The notes under the pieces were generated by a model. It was not told the DNA's origin. It did no database searches and worked only from the letters and a program-made list of their open reading frames with translations. Positions 47,525-60,633 of a DNA stretch of 64,000 nucleotides are shown here, piece after piece (within the stretch, counting starts at the first letter, position 1; each line of letters starts with the position of its first letter). Source of the DNA: Macrostomum lignano (Eukaryota). The DNA lies in assembly GCA_002269645.1 (NCBI GenBank), contig NIVC01000307.1:372001-436000 (forward strand). The letters are read 5' to 3'. The translations under genes and the position numbers were made by a program.

Positions 47525-48385
47525 TCAACGGCTGTGGCTTCAAGTGTCTGTGTCTTCAAGGGCTGTGGCTTCAAGTGTCTGTGTCTTCAAGGGCTGTGGC
47601 TTCAAGTGTCTGTGTCTTCAAGGGCTGTGGCTTCAAGTGTCTGTGTCTTCAAGGGCTGTGGCTTCAAGTGTCTGTGTCTTCAAGGGCTGTGGCTTCAAGT
47701 GTCTGTGTCTTCAAGTGTCTGTGTCTCTAAGAGCTGTGTCTTCAAGTGTCTGTGTCTCTAATGGCTGTGGTGTCTCCAAGGGCTGTGGTGTCTCTAATGG
47801 CTGTGGTGTCTCCAAGGGCTGTGGTGTCTCCAAGGGCTGTGGTGTCTCCAAGGGCTGTGGTGTCTCCAAGGGCTGTGGTGTCTCCAAGGGCTGTGATGTC
47901 TCCAAGGGCTGTGGTGTCTCTAATGGCTGTGGTGTCTCCAAGGGCTGTGGTGTCTCCAAGGGCTGTGGTGTCTCCAAGGGCTGTGGTGTCTCCAAGGGCT
48001 GTGATGTCTCCAAGGGCTGTGGTGTCTCCAAGGGCTGTGGTGTCTCCAAGGGCTGTGGTGTCTCCAAGGGCTGTGGTGTCTCCAAGGGCTGTGGTGTCTC
48101 CAAGGGCTGTGGTGTCTCCAAGGGCTGTGGTGTCTCCAAGGGCTGTGGTGTCTCCAAGGGCTGTGGTGTCTCCAAGGGCTGTGGTGTCTCCAAGGGCTGT
48201 GGTGTCTCCAAGGGCTGTGGTGTCTCTAAGGGCTGTGGTGTCTCCAAGGGCTGTGGTGTCTCCAAGGGCTGTGGTGTCTCCAAGGGCTGTGGTGTCTCCA
48301 AGGGCTGTGGTGTCTCCAAGGGCTGTGGTGTCTCCAAGGGCTGTGGTGTCTCCAAGGGCTGTGGTGTCTCTAAGGGCTGTTTTTA
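47525..48385. repeat. Compound minisatellite: 31-bp unit (47525-47720) grading into 18-bp unit CTCCAAGGGCTGTGGTGT, ANKEF1 intron 4
   Basis: Direct reading; shared CAAGGGCTGTGG core. Confidence 0.96.
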
Positions 48386-48428
48386 AGTACTGAGTTTTCA
48401 AACGCCGCATTCTCGAGCAATGCCTCAC

Positions 48429-48773
48429 CTTGGCCTCCTTAGCCAGCAGTCTCAAGGTTTTCCCGTCGGCATTCTTGACCTTGGCGGCGCTGGTGCCTCT
48501 CTGGCCGAGGAATTTCACGCAGCCGGCGTGCCCGGCCGCCGTCGCCAGATGAATGGCGCCGTTCTGCTTGGCGTCGAGTCGATCAAAATCGGCGCCGAAA
48601 GCGGACAGTCGAAACAGGCAGCCGAGATGGCCGGCTCTGGCCGCGTGGTGCGCCGGGGTGCCGCCCTGCCGGTCCGCGCTGTTCGGGTCAGCGCCTCGGA
48701 GCAGCGCCGCCAGCACCACCTCGTCTGAGCCGCTGGCGCACGCCGCCATCAGGGCGGTGCGACGGGTGCCCAC
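48429..48773 (-). CDS. ANKEF1: ANKEF1 exon 4
   Basis: RTALMAAC...TPAHHAARAGH...GAIHLATAAGHAGCVKFLGQRG...KNADGKT..LAKEAK; phase 0/0. Confidence 0.92.
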
Positions 48774-48824
48774 CTGTTTGGGTGTTTTTGAAGTGGGGAA
48801 TCGGGTATTCTATAGCTATCATAC

Positions 48825-49085
48825 ACCTGATGATCCCACACCTGGTGATCCCACACCATATGAACCCCATACCCCATGATCCCACACCTGATGATCCCAC
48901 ACCGATGATCCCACACCTATGATCCCAACCCTTTGATCTCACACCCTATGAACCCACAACTGATGATCTCACACCCTACATGATCCCACGACCTATGATC
49001 CCACACCATATGACCCCACACCCTATGATCCCACACCCTATTATCCCACACGATTATGATCCCAACACTCTATGATCCCACACCC
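48825..49085. repeat. About 15-bp degenerate minisatellite ATGATCCCACACCCT, ANKEF1 intron 3
   Basis: Direct reading. Confidence 0.9.
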
Positions 49086-49145
49086 TGTGGTATCATGCCT
49101 AGCGATCCTGAACCACAAGACGCATCCCAGCCCCTGAGGCCAGAC

Positions 49146-49342
49146 CTGAGCCACCTCCGCCATCGCTCCAGCCTCCAGTAGCCGCTTGCACGCCTCCGGA
49201 TTGTCGGCGGCCACCTCGCAGGCGGCGAAGAAGGCCGTTCGACCGTCCTTAGCTGGCCAGTTGACGTCTGCGTCGTTCTCGAGTGCCAGCGCCAGGCACT
49301 TGGCGTGCTCTTCGCTGGGCTCCAAGCAGTAAAACAAAATGC
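49146..49342 (-). CDS. ANKEF1: ANKEF1 exon 3
   Basis: ILFYCLEPSEEHAKCLALALENDADVN...ACE, like human [27 protein letters not shown]. Confidence 0.92.
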
Positions 49343-49447
49343 CTGACGCGTTATGTACGAGAAGTCACGGTTGCATCGGGGCCATTGCATTCGCTTGTAA
49401 TGAACAATTTATTATTTGTACCGGTATTTGAAAGCTCAATTTTGTTC

Positions 49448-49855
49448 AGGCGCCCACCAAGAGACAGGGGCGCCCACCAAGAGACAAGGTGCGCCCACCA
49501 AGAGACAGGGGGCGCCCAACAAGAGACAGGGGGCGCCCACCAAGAGACAGGGGCGCCCACCAAGAGACAGGGGCGCCCACCAAGAGACAGGGTGCGCCCA
49601 TCAAGAGACAGGGTGCGCCCACCAAGAGACAGGGTGCGCCCACCAAGAGACAGGGGCGCCCACCAAGAGACAAGGTGCGCCCACCAAGAGACAGGGGGCG
49701 CCCAACAAGAGACAGGGTGCGCCCACCAAGAGACAGGGGCGCCCACCAAGAGACAGGGGCGCCCACCAAGAGACAGGGTGCGCCCACCAAGAGACAGGGT
49801 GCGCCCACCAAGAGACAGGGGCGCCCACCAAGAGACAGAGGGCGCCGACCAAGAG
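49448..49855. repeat. 21-22 bp minisatellite GGCGCCCACCAAGAGACAGGG, ANKEF1 intron 2
   Basis: Direct reading. Confidence 0.95.
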
Positions 49856-50424
49856 ATATTGGCGCCTCTTAGGTATTTGGTCCCCTCTAATTGAAGTACA
49901 GTGTGTTCTTTAAAAACTGAATTTCCTGAAGGGTTCATAAATTTTGTAGTTCAAATACCATGTGGGATGTGAGAATATAATAATACTTACAGATGTCGAA
50001 TTTTCACCGAAAAATTGATGGTGATAATAGTGACAGTAGTAGTATAAGTGCGTGATTATTTAAAATCGCATTGTTTTTATTATTATAAAACATTTATTAA
50101 AATCAGAGAACTGATTGTTGATCATAAACTGGGAGGGTTAGAAATGATGCTGATTTTTTTACTTGTTTGGCACCAGCTTCCGAAGCTACGGCTGAAAAGG
50201 GGGGGTTAGGGATGATCGTCTCGTTGAGGTTTTGTTCCTCATCAGTGAGCACTGCTCAAAGGAGCGGCGACAGATGAAGGAGAGAAACTGGGAGATTGCG
50301 AAGCACCTCAAATCCCAAAAGCGCTGAACACATTTAATTTACAAAGGCAGTTAAAAATGTCCCCATAAAATTTGTGCATGACAATATTTAGGATTGTAAA
50401 TAACTTTGTCAGGATGATAAACTG

Positions 50425-51205
50425 GGACAGAGGGGTAGAGGGAGGGAGTCGGAGAATGGGAGAGGAGAGACGTGAAGAGAAACGAGGAGAGGGAGAAGGG
50501 AGGGAGTGGAGAAGAAAAGAGGGGGAGAGAAGGAGGGAGGGGAGGAAAAGGGGAGAGAAGGAGAGGGAGAAGGGAGGAGAAGGGTCGAGAAGGAGAGGGA
50601 GAAGGGAGGAGAAGGGTCGAGAAGGAGAGGGAGAAGGGAGGAGAAGGAGAGAGAAGGAGAGGGAGAAGGGAGGAGAAGGAGAGAGAAGGAGAGGGAGAAG
50701 GGAGGAGAAGGAGAGAGAAGGAGAGGGAGAAGGGAGGAGAAGGAGAGAGAAGGAGAGGGAGAAGGGAGGAGAAGGAGAGAGAAGGAGAGGGAGAAGGGAG
50801 GAGAAGGAGAGAGAAGGAGAGGGAGAAGGGAGGAGAAGGAGAGAGAAGGAGAGGGAGAAGGGAGGAGAAGGAGAGAGAAGGAGAGGGAGAAGGGAGGAGA
50901 AGGGGAAAGAAGGAGAGGGAGAAGGAAGGAGAATGGGAGAGAAGGAGAGGGAGAAGAGAGGAGAAGGGGAGAGAAGGAGAGAGAGAGATGGTGGAGAAGG
51001 GGAGAGAAGGAGAGAGAGAGAGATGGTGGAGAAAGTGGAGAGTGAAGGAGATGAAGAGAAGGGAAGAGAGAAGGGGAGAGAAAGAGAGTGAAGAAGAGGG
51101 AAGGGAGGAGAAGAGGAGGGAGAGAGCTGAGAGACCGGAGAGTGAAAGAGAGGGGAGGAGGGAGGGGAAGAGAATGGGAGAGGAGAGACAGGGAGATAGG
51201 GGAGG
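50425..51205. repeat. Polypurine (GA-rich) array, about 780 bp, ANKEF1 intron 2
   Basis: Almost only G and A on the + strand; GAGAAGGAGAGGGAGAAGGGAG units. Confidence 0.95.
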
Positions 51206-51267
51206 CAGCAAGCAAGAGTGCTATTGGTATACTAGCATGTTTCTCGATCTCTTTCTGTCTCACTCAC

Positions 51268-51421
51268 TTTTCCCTTCGTTGTCGCTGGCGCGCATGTTGG
51301 CGCCCGCCTCAATTAGAGCGGCCAGCGCGCCGTCCAGGCCTCGCTCGGCCGCCCGCATGGCCGGCGTCACCCCGGCGAGGTCGCCGAAATCCGGCAGGGC
51401 GCCCATCGACTTGGTGAGGAA
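51268..51421 (-). CDS. ANKEF1: ANKEF1 exon 2
   Basis: FLTKSMGALPD...GVTPAMRAAERG...ANMRASDNEGK, like human GCTPTMRAAELG...DNEGK; donor A|GTGAGT. Confidence 0.92.
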
Positions 51422-51514
51422 CTGCGGGAGCAAATATCATTTTTTAAATCTAGAAAATTTATATGGGCAAACATTTTTTAATTTCACTTTAAATCCAATC
51501 ACTTTCCCTCGCTC

Positions 51515-51800
51515 AAATGAAATGGCGCCACAACACACCCCAAATGAAATGGCGCCACAACACACCTCAAATGAAATGGCGCCACAGCACACCTCAAATT
51601 AAATGGCGCCACAGCACACCTCAAATTAAATGGCGCCACAACACACCTCAAATTAAATGGCGCCACAACACACCTCAAATGAAATGGCGCCACAACACAC
51701 CCCAAATCAAAAGGCGCCACACCACACCTCAAGTTAAATGGCGCCACACCTCAAATGAAATGGCGCCACAACACACCTCAAATAAAATGGCGCCAGACCT
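51515..51800. repeat. 27-bp minisatellite AAATGAAATGGCGCCACAACACACCTC, ANKEF1 intron 1
   Basis: Direct reading. Confidence 0.94.
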
Positions 51801-51986
51801 CAACTGAAAAGGCCCAGCCACCAAAAAGCATTACCAGCCTCAATGAAAAATCCTGGCTTACGCCCGCTGGGATTGGGACACATGCGACACCAATTGACTT
51901 CTTACCATCAGCATGTGTCGCAACTAAGTATTCGCTTAAAATATACCCTATATTAGGAGTGTATTCATAGAGTTGCTAGGCCTCAC

Positions 51987-52181
51987 CTTAATCATATCGA
52001 TGTCATTCTCTTTAACCGCAATAATCAATGCAGTCTCGCCTTCGTACGGCTCGCCATAATTAACCAAATATGGTATGCCGCACTGCACCAGCTTGTCAAT
52101 CTGTGCTTTGCTGCGCTCCCGAACGCACTGGATCAGCTTGCACACCTGTAGCGAGCCAAGCCTGTCCTTAGCGACTGGCAT
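51987..52181 (-). CDS. ANKEF1: Ankyrin repeat and EF-hand domain-containing protein 1, exon 1 (8 exons sum to 2163 nt, about 720 aa)
   Basis: MPVAKDRLGSLQVCKLIQCVRERSKAQIDKL...NYGEPYEG..ALIIAV..NDIDM, like human [31 protein letters not shown]...NYTEP...NDIDM; all eight splice phases are consistent. Confidence 0.93.
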
Positions 52182-55100
52182 CTCTGATTAAATAAGATTA
52201 TCTGCAATAAATATTTTATTACGAGTAAATTATTAGAAATTATTTACCTGGAGTATTTGTTTCGAAAAAATATGTTTAATCAATCTTATTTCTGATGCTT
52301 AGTACACTTTAACAATTAAAGCCTTAAAAATTCCTGAATTTAATTTAATATAACTTGAAGATATACTTGCACAAAAGCAAAAGTAGGAATAATATCTAAA
52401 AAATATGCTTAAATAATATTGATTGCTTCTAATTTAATTATTATTGGACTGATTTACTGATCGCTTTCCTTATAAATTAGCTAACTTTTATCAAAATCCA
52501 TAGCAGATGACAATTAGACACCAAGTAAAATCATATCAACTAATACGAGTCTATTTGAATTTTTTAAGTCATCATTATTGTTCAACCAATGAATAAAAAA
52601 CAACTAAGCTAATGACTTTAAACAAGCATTATTTTATGTGCATATTGACAATTTTATATTTTTATATTTCAATACTTTACCTTTTAAGTGACAAAAATTA
52701 TTATGCAATTTGCAAGAAAGAGAGTATTGAAGAGAAGCTCCTCCAAATAATAATATTGAGCTATACGTTTAAAAGCCTTACTACATTCGTGTCAAATAAT
52801 CGCCAGACAAGCGTCATAGATACATACAATATTAAAACAATTTACAAAATATAAACTGTATCAAACTATTATATTTTCAAACAAACTGCCAACTTATAAA
52901 TTAATTTTAATACCATTTTATACTTAGCACTCACAGACAGACTTTCCGCCTCAGTAAAAATAAAAAGCGTCGTACGCTAGTGATCTGCAGAAAGCAAATG
53001 TATATTATAGATGCATAAATACCTCGAAGTTTGATTCTTCGCGGACTGGTAACGACGTAAGGTAAATGTGCATGGAAAACTCAGGCTTTGAATCGGTAGT
53101 AATTCTTGTAGTCCATAGATTATGTAGCTCGTATTTCTCTGACTTTGTTGACCCATTTAATCATTTTTTTCTCTTACAAAAATAGTTTATTTGGTTTTCC
53201 GTTTTTAGTTCTTGGAATTTTTTTCTTTTGCCTTTGGTATAGCAAACCTGCCAAAGGAGTGTGACGTAGTCGTATAGTACAAGTCAGTGGATAGTTTCAT
53301 AAAGAACGTATTATTAATTGATATAGACAATAAATAATAAAAAGGACGTATTTGGAGCGTTTTATTGCTTTGCTTTTGTCAACGATATTAAAAGACTAAA
53401 TGTGCTTGTACAAGTATCAAGACATCTAAATTGTAATGTAACTTTTAAAGAGAAGAGTAATTGAATTCGCCTTTGCTTTGCTTGCTGCAATATTATTGTT
53501 GCTACAATGCACACTATTAAAGAAATTGCCCCATGTTGATCTTTTCATTTTTTGCGTGCAATTAAAACGTTAAGAGTTGTTGTGGAAAAGTGGGTGGAGC
53601 ATTGTTTTTCAAGCGTTTTGCATTTAATTCACTGTGTTTTTGGGCCTATAAGGGTCGTTCTCAAAGCTAGGTCACAACTTTTTGTTATTGCAAAAAAAGT
53701 TTATGCATCGACCAATAATCGTACAAAAAAAATTCTTTCGACAATTTCTGTAAGAAGCTGCTACTAAAACCACAAGAAAACTTGAAATTGAGAAGAAATC
53801 AAGGCTATTTGTTATTCTTTGTTGCGGAAAATAAACGACAAAAATATTAAAGAGAAAATAAAATTTTCTTCCATTTTTATTTTAAATATGCAGTTAAATT
53901 TCTTTTGCAAAAATAAAAGAACAAGAAATTGACAAAGGAAATGTTTTTGAGCACAGCATTTTGTTACTCTGCTCTAAATCCCAGACATTTAAAATTATCG
54001 TGTTGTAAAATAAGTTTCTTGAAGTCCAATAATTCAAAGAATCGCCTTATTTTCGTTGTGATGACAGATGAATGAACGAATGCGTTCTTGGCTTGTGGGT
54101 GCAATGCGCCTTAATTCATTTTCATTAAATATTTGTATTCGTATCTGAACAATCTATGTAGTCAAAGTAATTAATATATATTCTAAATAATGTCTTTATC
54201 TATTATTGAATTAAAACTGGATCGACTGGAACTCTGGAACGGCTATGCAACCCTACGACTACAACTACTACAGCGCACAGAAGATTAACACCAAAAAGCG
54301 CATTCGCGTTTGAAATACGATAGGAATTAGCATACAGTAAAACAATAGTAGTAAAGTACGTACAGTAAGAATCGCGGAAATAGTTCTCATAACTACTAAC
54401 TAAACAACAACACAATAATATTTAAGAATGCCGGACACATCATAAAAAGTGCGGAGATTTAATTGATACATAAAAATACTTTACAGTGTGCGAAAAAGTG
54501 CGAAATTATTATAGCATGCACTCGAAAGAACTTCGATCAGTTTAACTAATCACTGAATTAAGAAGTCTAAATAAGTCTTGAAAGGTTGAATTAAAAATCA
54601 AGTTTTCACTATGTATCTTTTCAAAGGCAAGATGATTCGACAAATAAAGAATGTTCATTTTTACCTTGAATAGAATTGTTCATTTTTACATTAAATATAA
54701 TAAAATCTAACTAATAATAGAAAAAGTCAGGGAACTATCCTTGAACACCAAAAAGCACATTGTGGATTTAATATCGACTGCATGTTCCTTAATAAAGGAA
54801 TTCGGATACTAGTATATATTTGATTATTTGTAGCATAATTTCTGAAAACTATAACTTGCTTGATTTTACTTTAAGTACTCATTACATTAATACTTATACC
54901 AAAGCTACATGTACTTAAAATAAAAAATTATAGTTACTTATTAGACGTTTTACTCCAATTAACTTATAATAATTCAAATTTATTTTAATTAATTCATTTT
55001 TTGAAACTTTTTGGAAAATAGACAAAATTGAATTATTTAATTACCAAAAACCTACTAGCTTAACTAAAATAGCAATTAGTCTTTAAGAAAAGATTTCACT

Positions 55101-58100
55101 TGTTAATTGAGAAAAATGAGGATGTGCGAGGTGTAAAAATGCGAAAGAGCATGCAGGAAACAGAGACAAACAAAAATGTAGGTAAAAGACACTGCACATG
55201 CACATAATATGATAACCAGACATAATGCGCACACTGAAACACCAGTAGCAATGACGCCCAAGCTTTTGATGATCACAAGCGAAAAGGCAAAACCCAGCCA
55301 TCAATCAAAGAAGTAGACTATATCACGCATCTTGAGTGCATCACGCATTTTTTGCAGAGAAGCTCGAAAATTAACATTGTATTCTGTGCACAACCACCAA
55401 CTGCGACAGGGTCTGCCGGGGGATTTGTGGGCACGCGGTCGCGGATACAAATCGGAGGAGTCGCTGACCATTCTGAAATTACAAGCTATATAGTACATGT
55501 AATTTTGTGTATTAATATATTTAGCCCGCTTTATTTCTATGCTCTCGTCCGCCTCTCGTTAATGCATCCCCAGACTCATGCAATAATCAAACTTATGATC
55601 GAACTATGCATGGCTTCCGTCCCTCGCTTTGAATCTCTCACCTCCCCATAGTTCCATCAACCTTACCGTAGTGGCTTCCTATGCAAAAATCATCCCTCCG
55701 CATCTTACACAGGCTACTTCAGGCTGTAGACTGTACTACACTATTAATTAGTTGCGCTAAGGAATCTACATGTATTTTGATCGCAGCGCAGCGCGCTGCT
55801 CAAATAAGGTTAGATTCATCTAGATATTCTAGTAATTTCAGGTTTGTCCATAGACTAGAGCTCATGAGATGAGAATTCCATTAACTAGTACATTTAATAT
55901 GAATGAACTGCGTGTGTGTGTGCTGTGCATACATATGTATAATATACGAGTAGTTTATGGGCCAAATTATTGTGTGGCACAATTCTTGGCATCACTCAGC
56001 AGGCACAAGATGCAGTTGAGCCTGGTTGAGGTGATGCGAGGAGGCAGATCCACACAATCTCAGTGAATACACCAGAATGCACCAGATACGAGTCCAGTCG
56101 AATGTGCGCACTGGTCTAAGCAGCACACGCATGTCCTCCTGACAATGACGGCACCTAGCTTCGTCCAAGCCTTTGCCAGCGTCACTGACAGCGTCAATAC
56201 TACCATGCAGTGCCACCTGCAGCACCGACAACGGCAATTCCTCCAGTTAGCCCACAACAGTGGCTAAACTGAGGGACAGGGAACCTACCCGCAGAAGACA
56301 CACACATACACACACAGCACCGGCAGCAGCACTCTGACAGCATAACCTAAAGCTCCATGAGCTCAGTTTTCAAGCATTGAAGAAGCAGAAGCAGTCATCT
56401 TGAATCCAGGGATCAGGAAGAGTGTTGCATGTCCGACATGTGCTGTTTCCGTGGCAAAAGGTGATGGAGCAAATTAATCAACACTTACTATCTAGCTCGT
56501 ATTAAGACTAAAAAACTGAGGCAAGCTGGGATTAAACCAAGGAAAATTTTTTACTATACTTTTTTACCATATCACTTGTTAATTTGTAAATTGTAAATAA
56601 TTGTAATTGTTAATTGTAAATAGTGGTTACTTTTATAGTATAGTAGAGGTACTCTATTTAAATGCAGTAAGAAGTGAAACAAATTTATATATTTAATTAT
56701 TAAATTAAATTAATTCAAGGTAAATAACTAATTTAACCAATTTATTAGGAGTATTTAATATTATAATAAATTGATTTTTATACCTTACACGAAATAAGCT
56801 CTACATTCATTTCTTAGCTTGGGGCCCATCTGTATAAGGTCAGTTTCTTCAAAATGCTGATTAATTAATTAAGGCCTGTTGTCTTTACTTAAATTTATAA
56901 GGGCATCTTAGAAGTTAATATTACTATATAATAACATGTATAATATTATTACTATATTATAATAATATAGTTGCAATTTTAATGACTATTGAATAAGTCT
57001 AAATGCTTCCCCTATTGACTTTAAATATATGGTATCTTTCCCTTCAGAAAAAATTAGCATAGAATGACTTGATGAAAACAAAAAAAAATCATTTCGAGAT
57101 ACACATTTGCTGATCATTCAGGTCAAATTTCAAGGTCCAGTTTTGCACATGTTTCTCTGTAGCTTGGTTACAAGGATTCTAATAAAAATATAATAAATAT
57201 GTCCAATGAACTAACTGATACATAGCCAAATTGAAGTATTTTCAAAAACAAAAAAAAGTATTTGCTCAGTTTACTTTACTGGATATCTGTGTAAAATTTC
57301 AGCTCAAAAGGTGCTCCATGGAGAATGCTAGTGTGGTTACAGGATATTTATTTTGTGCTTCAAAGTAGGAGTTTATTGCGATGCATGGTTGCTTTTAATT
57401 ATTTTTATCAACAATAGTGCTCTATTTCATAACAATTTTTTACAAAAAGATAATAAGACATGTTTTTCTAATTATCTGCATCAAAATGTATCATTTTAAG
57501 CGCACATTCTAGACGTCAGCTGAAAAATACATTTTGTGAGATGAGAAGAGGCTATCCCACCGGAAATGCTAGGCGTACAGTTAAGCGTCTATAAAATAAT
57601 TTATAGTGCAGTTTATTAAGCTTTAAAAAAATCTTAAATTAAATTTATATAAGCTTTCATTTTAAATGTAATATAGCAAGGTTTCAACACAACAACAACT
57701 TTTTTTAGCTACAGACATCTTGTAGTATCAAAAATTAACATCGGTGAAATGATTGAATTTGAATTTTTTCATCGCTAATTATCGCTTAATACCGCCAGAT
57801 GATTAAAAACACTTTTGCATGATAAAGTTCAACCCAAAAATTATCTTTATTCACAGATAAAAGTGTCCTATTATTTTGAATATGGCAGTAACAATAGTAA
57901 ATGTTCGGAAAATTGTTAAAATTTTTGCTCCTCCTAGAATTTGCGAACGACCCATAATCTATTTTTAGCAATAATTATTTACAAAGCTTTTAAACTTCAG
58001 GTAAACTGTAACGTTACAACAAAATGGTTATTATATTTATTTATGTAACGCATTGTACCTATACTAATATATTACAAGTCTTTTTTTACATATAAACCGT

Positions 58101-59128
58101 TTTAAAATTTATTCCTAAACAAGATCAGCAAAGTAATCTATTAACAGCACTAATTCAACTTCACATCAGAAAATCCCTTTTTAAAGGGCAGGGCGGGCGT
58201 AAGGGCGCTACCACTACAACTTGCTTATATAGGCTCACATCATAAGTGTCCCATTTTTCAGTTCGAATTCTAAGCTTATCTTTTGCGCTAGACTTAACAT
58301 TTTTAATTATGGGCTGTACCTGCGATTCGATTTTTAACACATGATGTTATTGCTATTATAAAAAAAATTTTTGTGTAAAAAACTTAAATAATAATTTTTA
58401 AATAAAGCATGCTCACGATGCTCTATATTTTATGAATGTCAAATTTTGAACGACATGATGTGATAATTTATGTGAACATTGTTGAGAAACTAAGGGTATA
58501 TATATTTTAATTACCTTGCTTTTTAAAAGCAACAAGTCTATTATATTTGTATGTTCCTATTATGGCATATTTAGGACAAAAAAACTTATACCATGGGCTA
58601 AGACCTTACTATAGGACAATTCATTTTATCTTAATAATAAAACAAACTAATGGATTCAAATTTTTCTTGCAAGATAAGTTTTATTTTAGTTCATTGTTAT
58701 TAATTTTGTAAATCTAAATATTGTCTTGTAGGCCTTCTAGTTCAAAATTCAAATCATTATTTTTAAATAAGTAAAAATAGAAAGCAACAAAACAACTGTT
58801 TTATTTTAATATAGCCTTTAATAACCCATTTTGAATTTAGGGATTCAATTTAATCTAAAGAAAATTGAGCGCTTTTTTATTTTATCCAATTAAATTTGTA
58901 AATTAGTCATTGAACTATTTATAGCTGTTCATAGGTGGTGGCTGTCTATGGACTGAACATCACAGCACCCATAATAGAAGCATTCCATTTCATCTAATAT
59001 ACTAGAATTTGGTGTCTTTCAACGCTAAGTCTTTATTTTAAGGTCTAAAACAAAAAATGACTTCTTAAATAACTTTGTACTTCGTGTTTTTGTTGTAAAA
59101 ACTGCTCCAGCAAGCTTTAAAACAAACA

Positions 59129-59452
59129 ATGAGCAGCAGCCGACCAAATCAGCCAGGCAAATCCGGCGCAGCTGCCTCGTCGTCATCGTCGTCAAAGACA
59201 ACAAAAACGGTTGCTAAGCGAGGCGCCGCTGGACCGCCTGCCGGTCGGGGTCGCGGGCTGCCAACAGACGGGCAGGGAAACCTGATTCCCGGCCGCTACC
59301 AGCTGCCTGGCGGTGAGCTCCGAGTTAACAAAATCCAGCGTGCCGAGCAGTACAATGTGCTTGCCGTTGCCAAGGCGATGAATGGGGCGGAGTTGGCGCC
59401 CAAGGTGAAGCAGCTGTTCGAGCCGGAAATGCGAGCGGTTGAGGAGGCCAAG
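59129..59452 (+). CDS. FAM221B: FAM221B-like protein, exon 1
   Basis: VLAVAKAMNGAELAPKVKQLFEPE, like human VEVAKAMHREEFGAQVNNLFQWE; donor AAG|GTTAG. Confidence 0.85.
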
Positions 59453-59574
59453 GTTAGAGAGGGAGAGCTAAGTTAATTCAGCTGATACTTTTGACTGTGC
59501 TAGCAATCAGCGCCCCCCCCCGTTAGGGAGCCAACAAAGAATGGAATGAACTTTTTGAATGAACTACATTTAGC

Positions 59575-60216
59575 TTCTGACCTTAGCCTTGACATCTTAA
59601 CAATTCCCCCAGTAAGCCTTGGCATCACAGCAATTCCCCCAGTAAGCCTTGGCATCTCAGCAATCCCCCCAGTAAGCCTTGGCATCTCAGCAATTCCCCC
59701 AGTAAGCCTTGACATCTCAGCGATTCCCCCAGTAAGCCTTGGCATCACAGCAATTCCCTCAGTAAGCCTTGGCATCTCAGCAATTCCCCCAGTAAGCCTT
59801 GACATCTGAGCAATTCCCTCAGTAAGCCTTGGCATCACACTAATTCTCCCAGTAAGTCCTGACATCTCAAAAATTCCCTTAGTAGGCCTTGACATCTCAC
59901 CAATTTCCCCAGTAAGCCTTGGCATCTCAGCAATTTCCTCAGTAAGCCTTGGCATCTCAGCAATTCCCCCAGTAAGCCTTGACATCTGAGCAATTCCCTC
60001 AGTAAGCCTTGGCATCACACTAATTCTCCCAGTAAGCCTTGGCATCTCAGCAATTTCCTCAGTAAGCCTTGGTATCTCAGCAATTTCCTCAGTAAGCCTT
60101 GGCATCTCAGCAATTCCCTCAGTAAGCCTTGGCATCTCAGCAATTCCCCCCCGTAAGCCTTGACATCACAGCAATTCCCTCAGTAAGCCTTTGAAATCTC
60201 AGCAATTCCCCCTGTA
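59575..60216. repeat. 33-bp minisatellite (CAGTAAGCCTTGGCATCTCAGCAATTCCCC core), FAM221B intron 1
   Basis: Direct reading. Confidence 0.95.
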
Positions 60217-60340
60217 AGCTACCAAATTGTCTACTTGCCTACCAGACTATCCTGCTAGTCTACTAGGCCATCTGATAGACTCCCCTGCATGCTTACCAGA
60301 TAATCTACCAGACACCCTACCTGTCGCTACCCCCACGCAG

Positions 60341-60633
60341 GCCAGCGGCTGGTATTTCTCCTGGCGACCCCGGGAGCCGCCCTACGACAAGCAGGACTGC
60401 CAGCGCGTCCACTCCGGCTCCCGCTGCTTCTGCGGCCACAACCTCGCCGAGCACAAGCAGCCTGGCGGCCGGGCCCTCCAGCTGCCGTGTCAGTACTGCA
60501 AATGCGCCAACTTCGAATGGGTGCCAACCAGACCGGAGGAGGCCGGCGAGTTCTGGTTAAAACGGCGGCGAGATTTCGATCCGGCCAGTTGGCGGGCAAA
60601 GTGCCGGTGCAAGCACACGCACGAGGAGCATAG
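60341..60633 (+). CDS. FAM221B: FAM221B-like protein, exon 2
   Basis: SRCFCGH...PTRPEEAGEFWLKRRRDFDPASWRAKCRCKHTHEEH, like human PSRPEEVGEFWLKRRATFDPKAWRAQCRCKHSHEEH. Confidence 0.92.
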
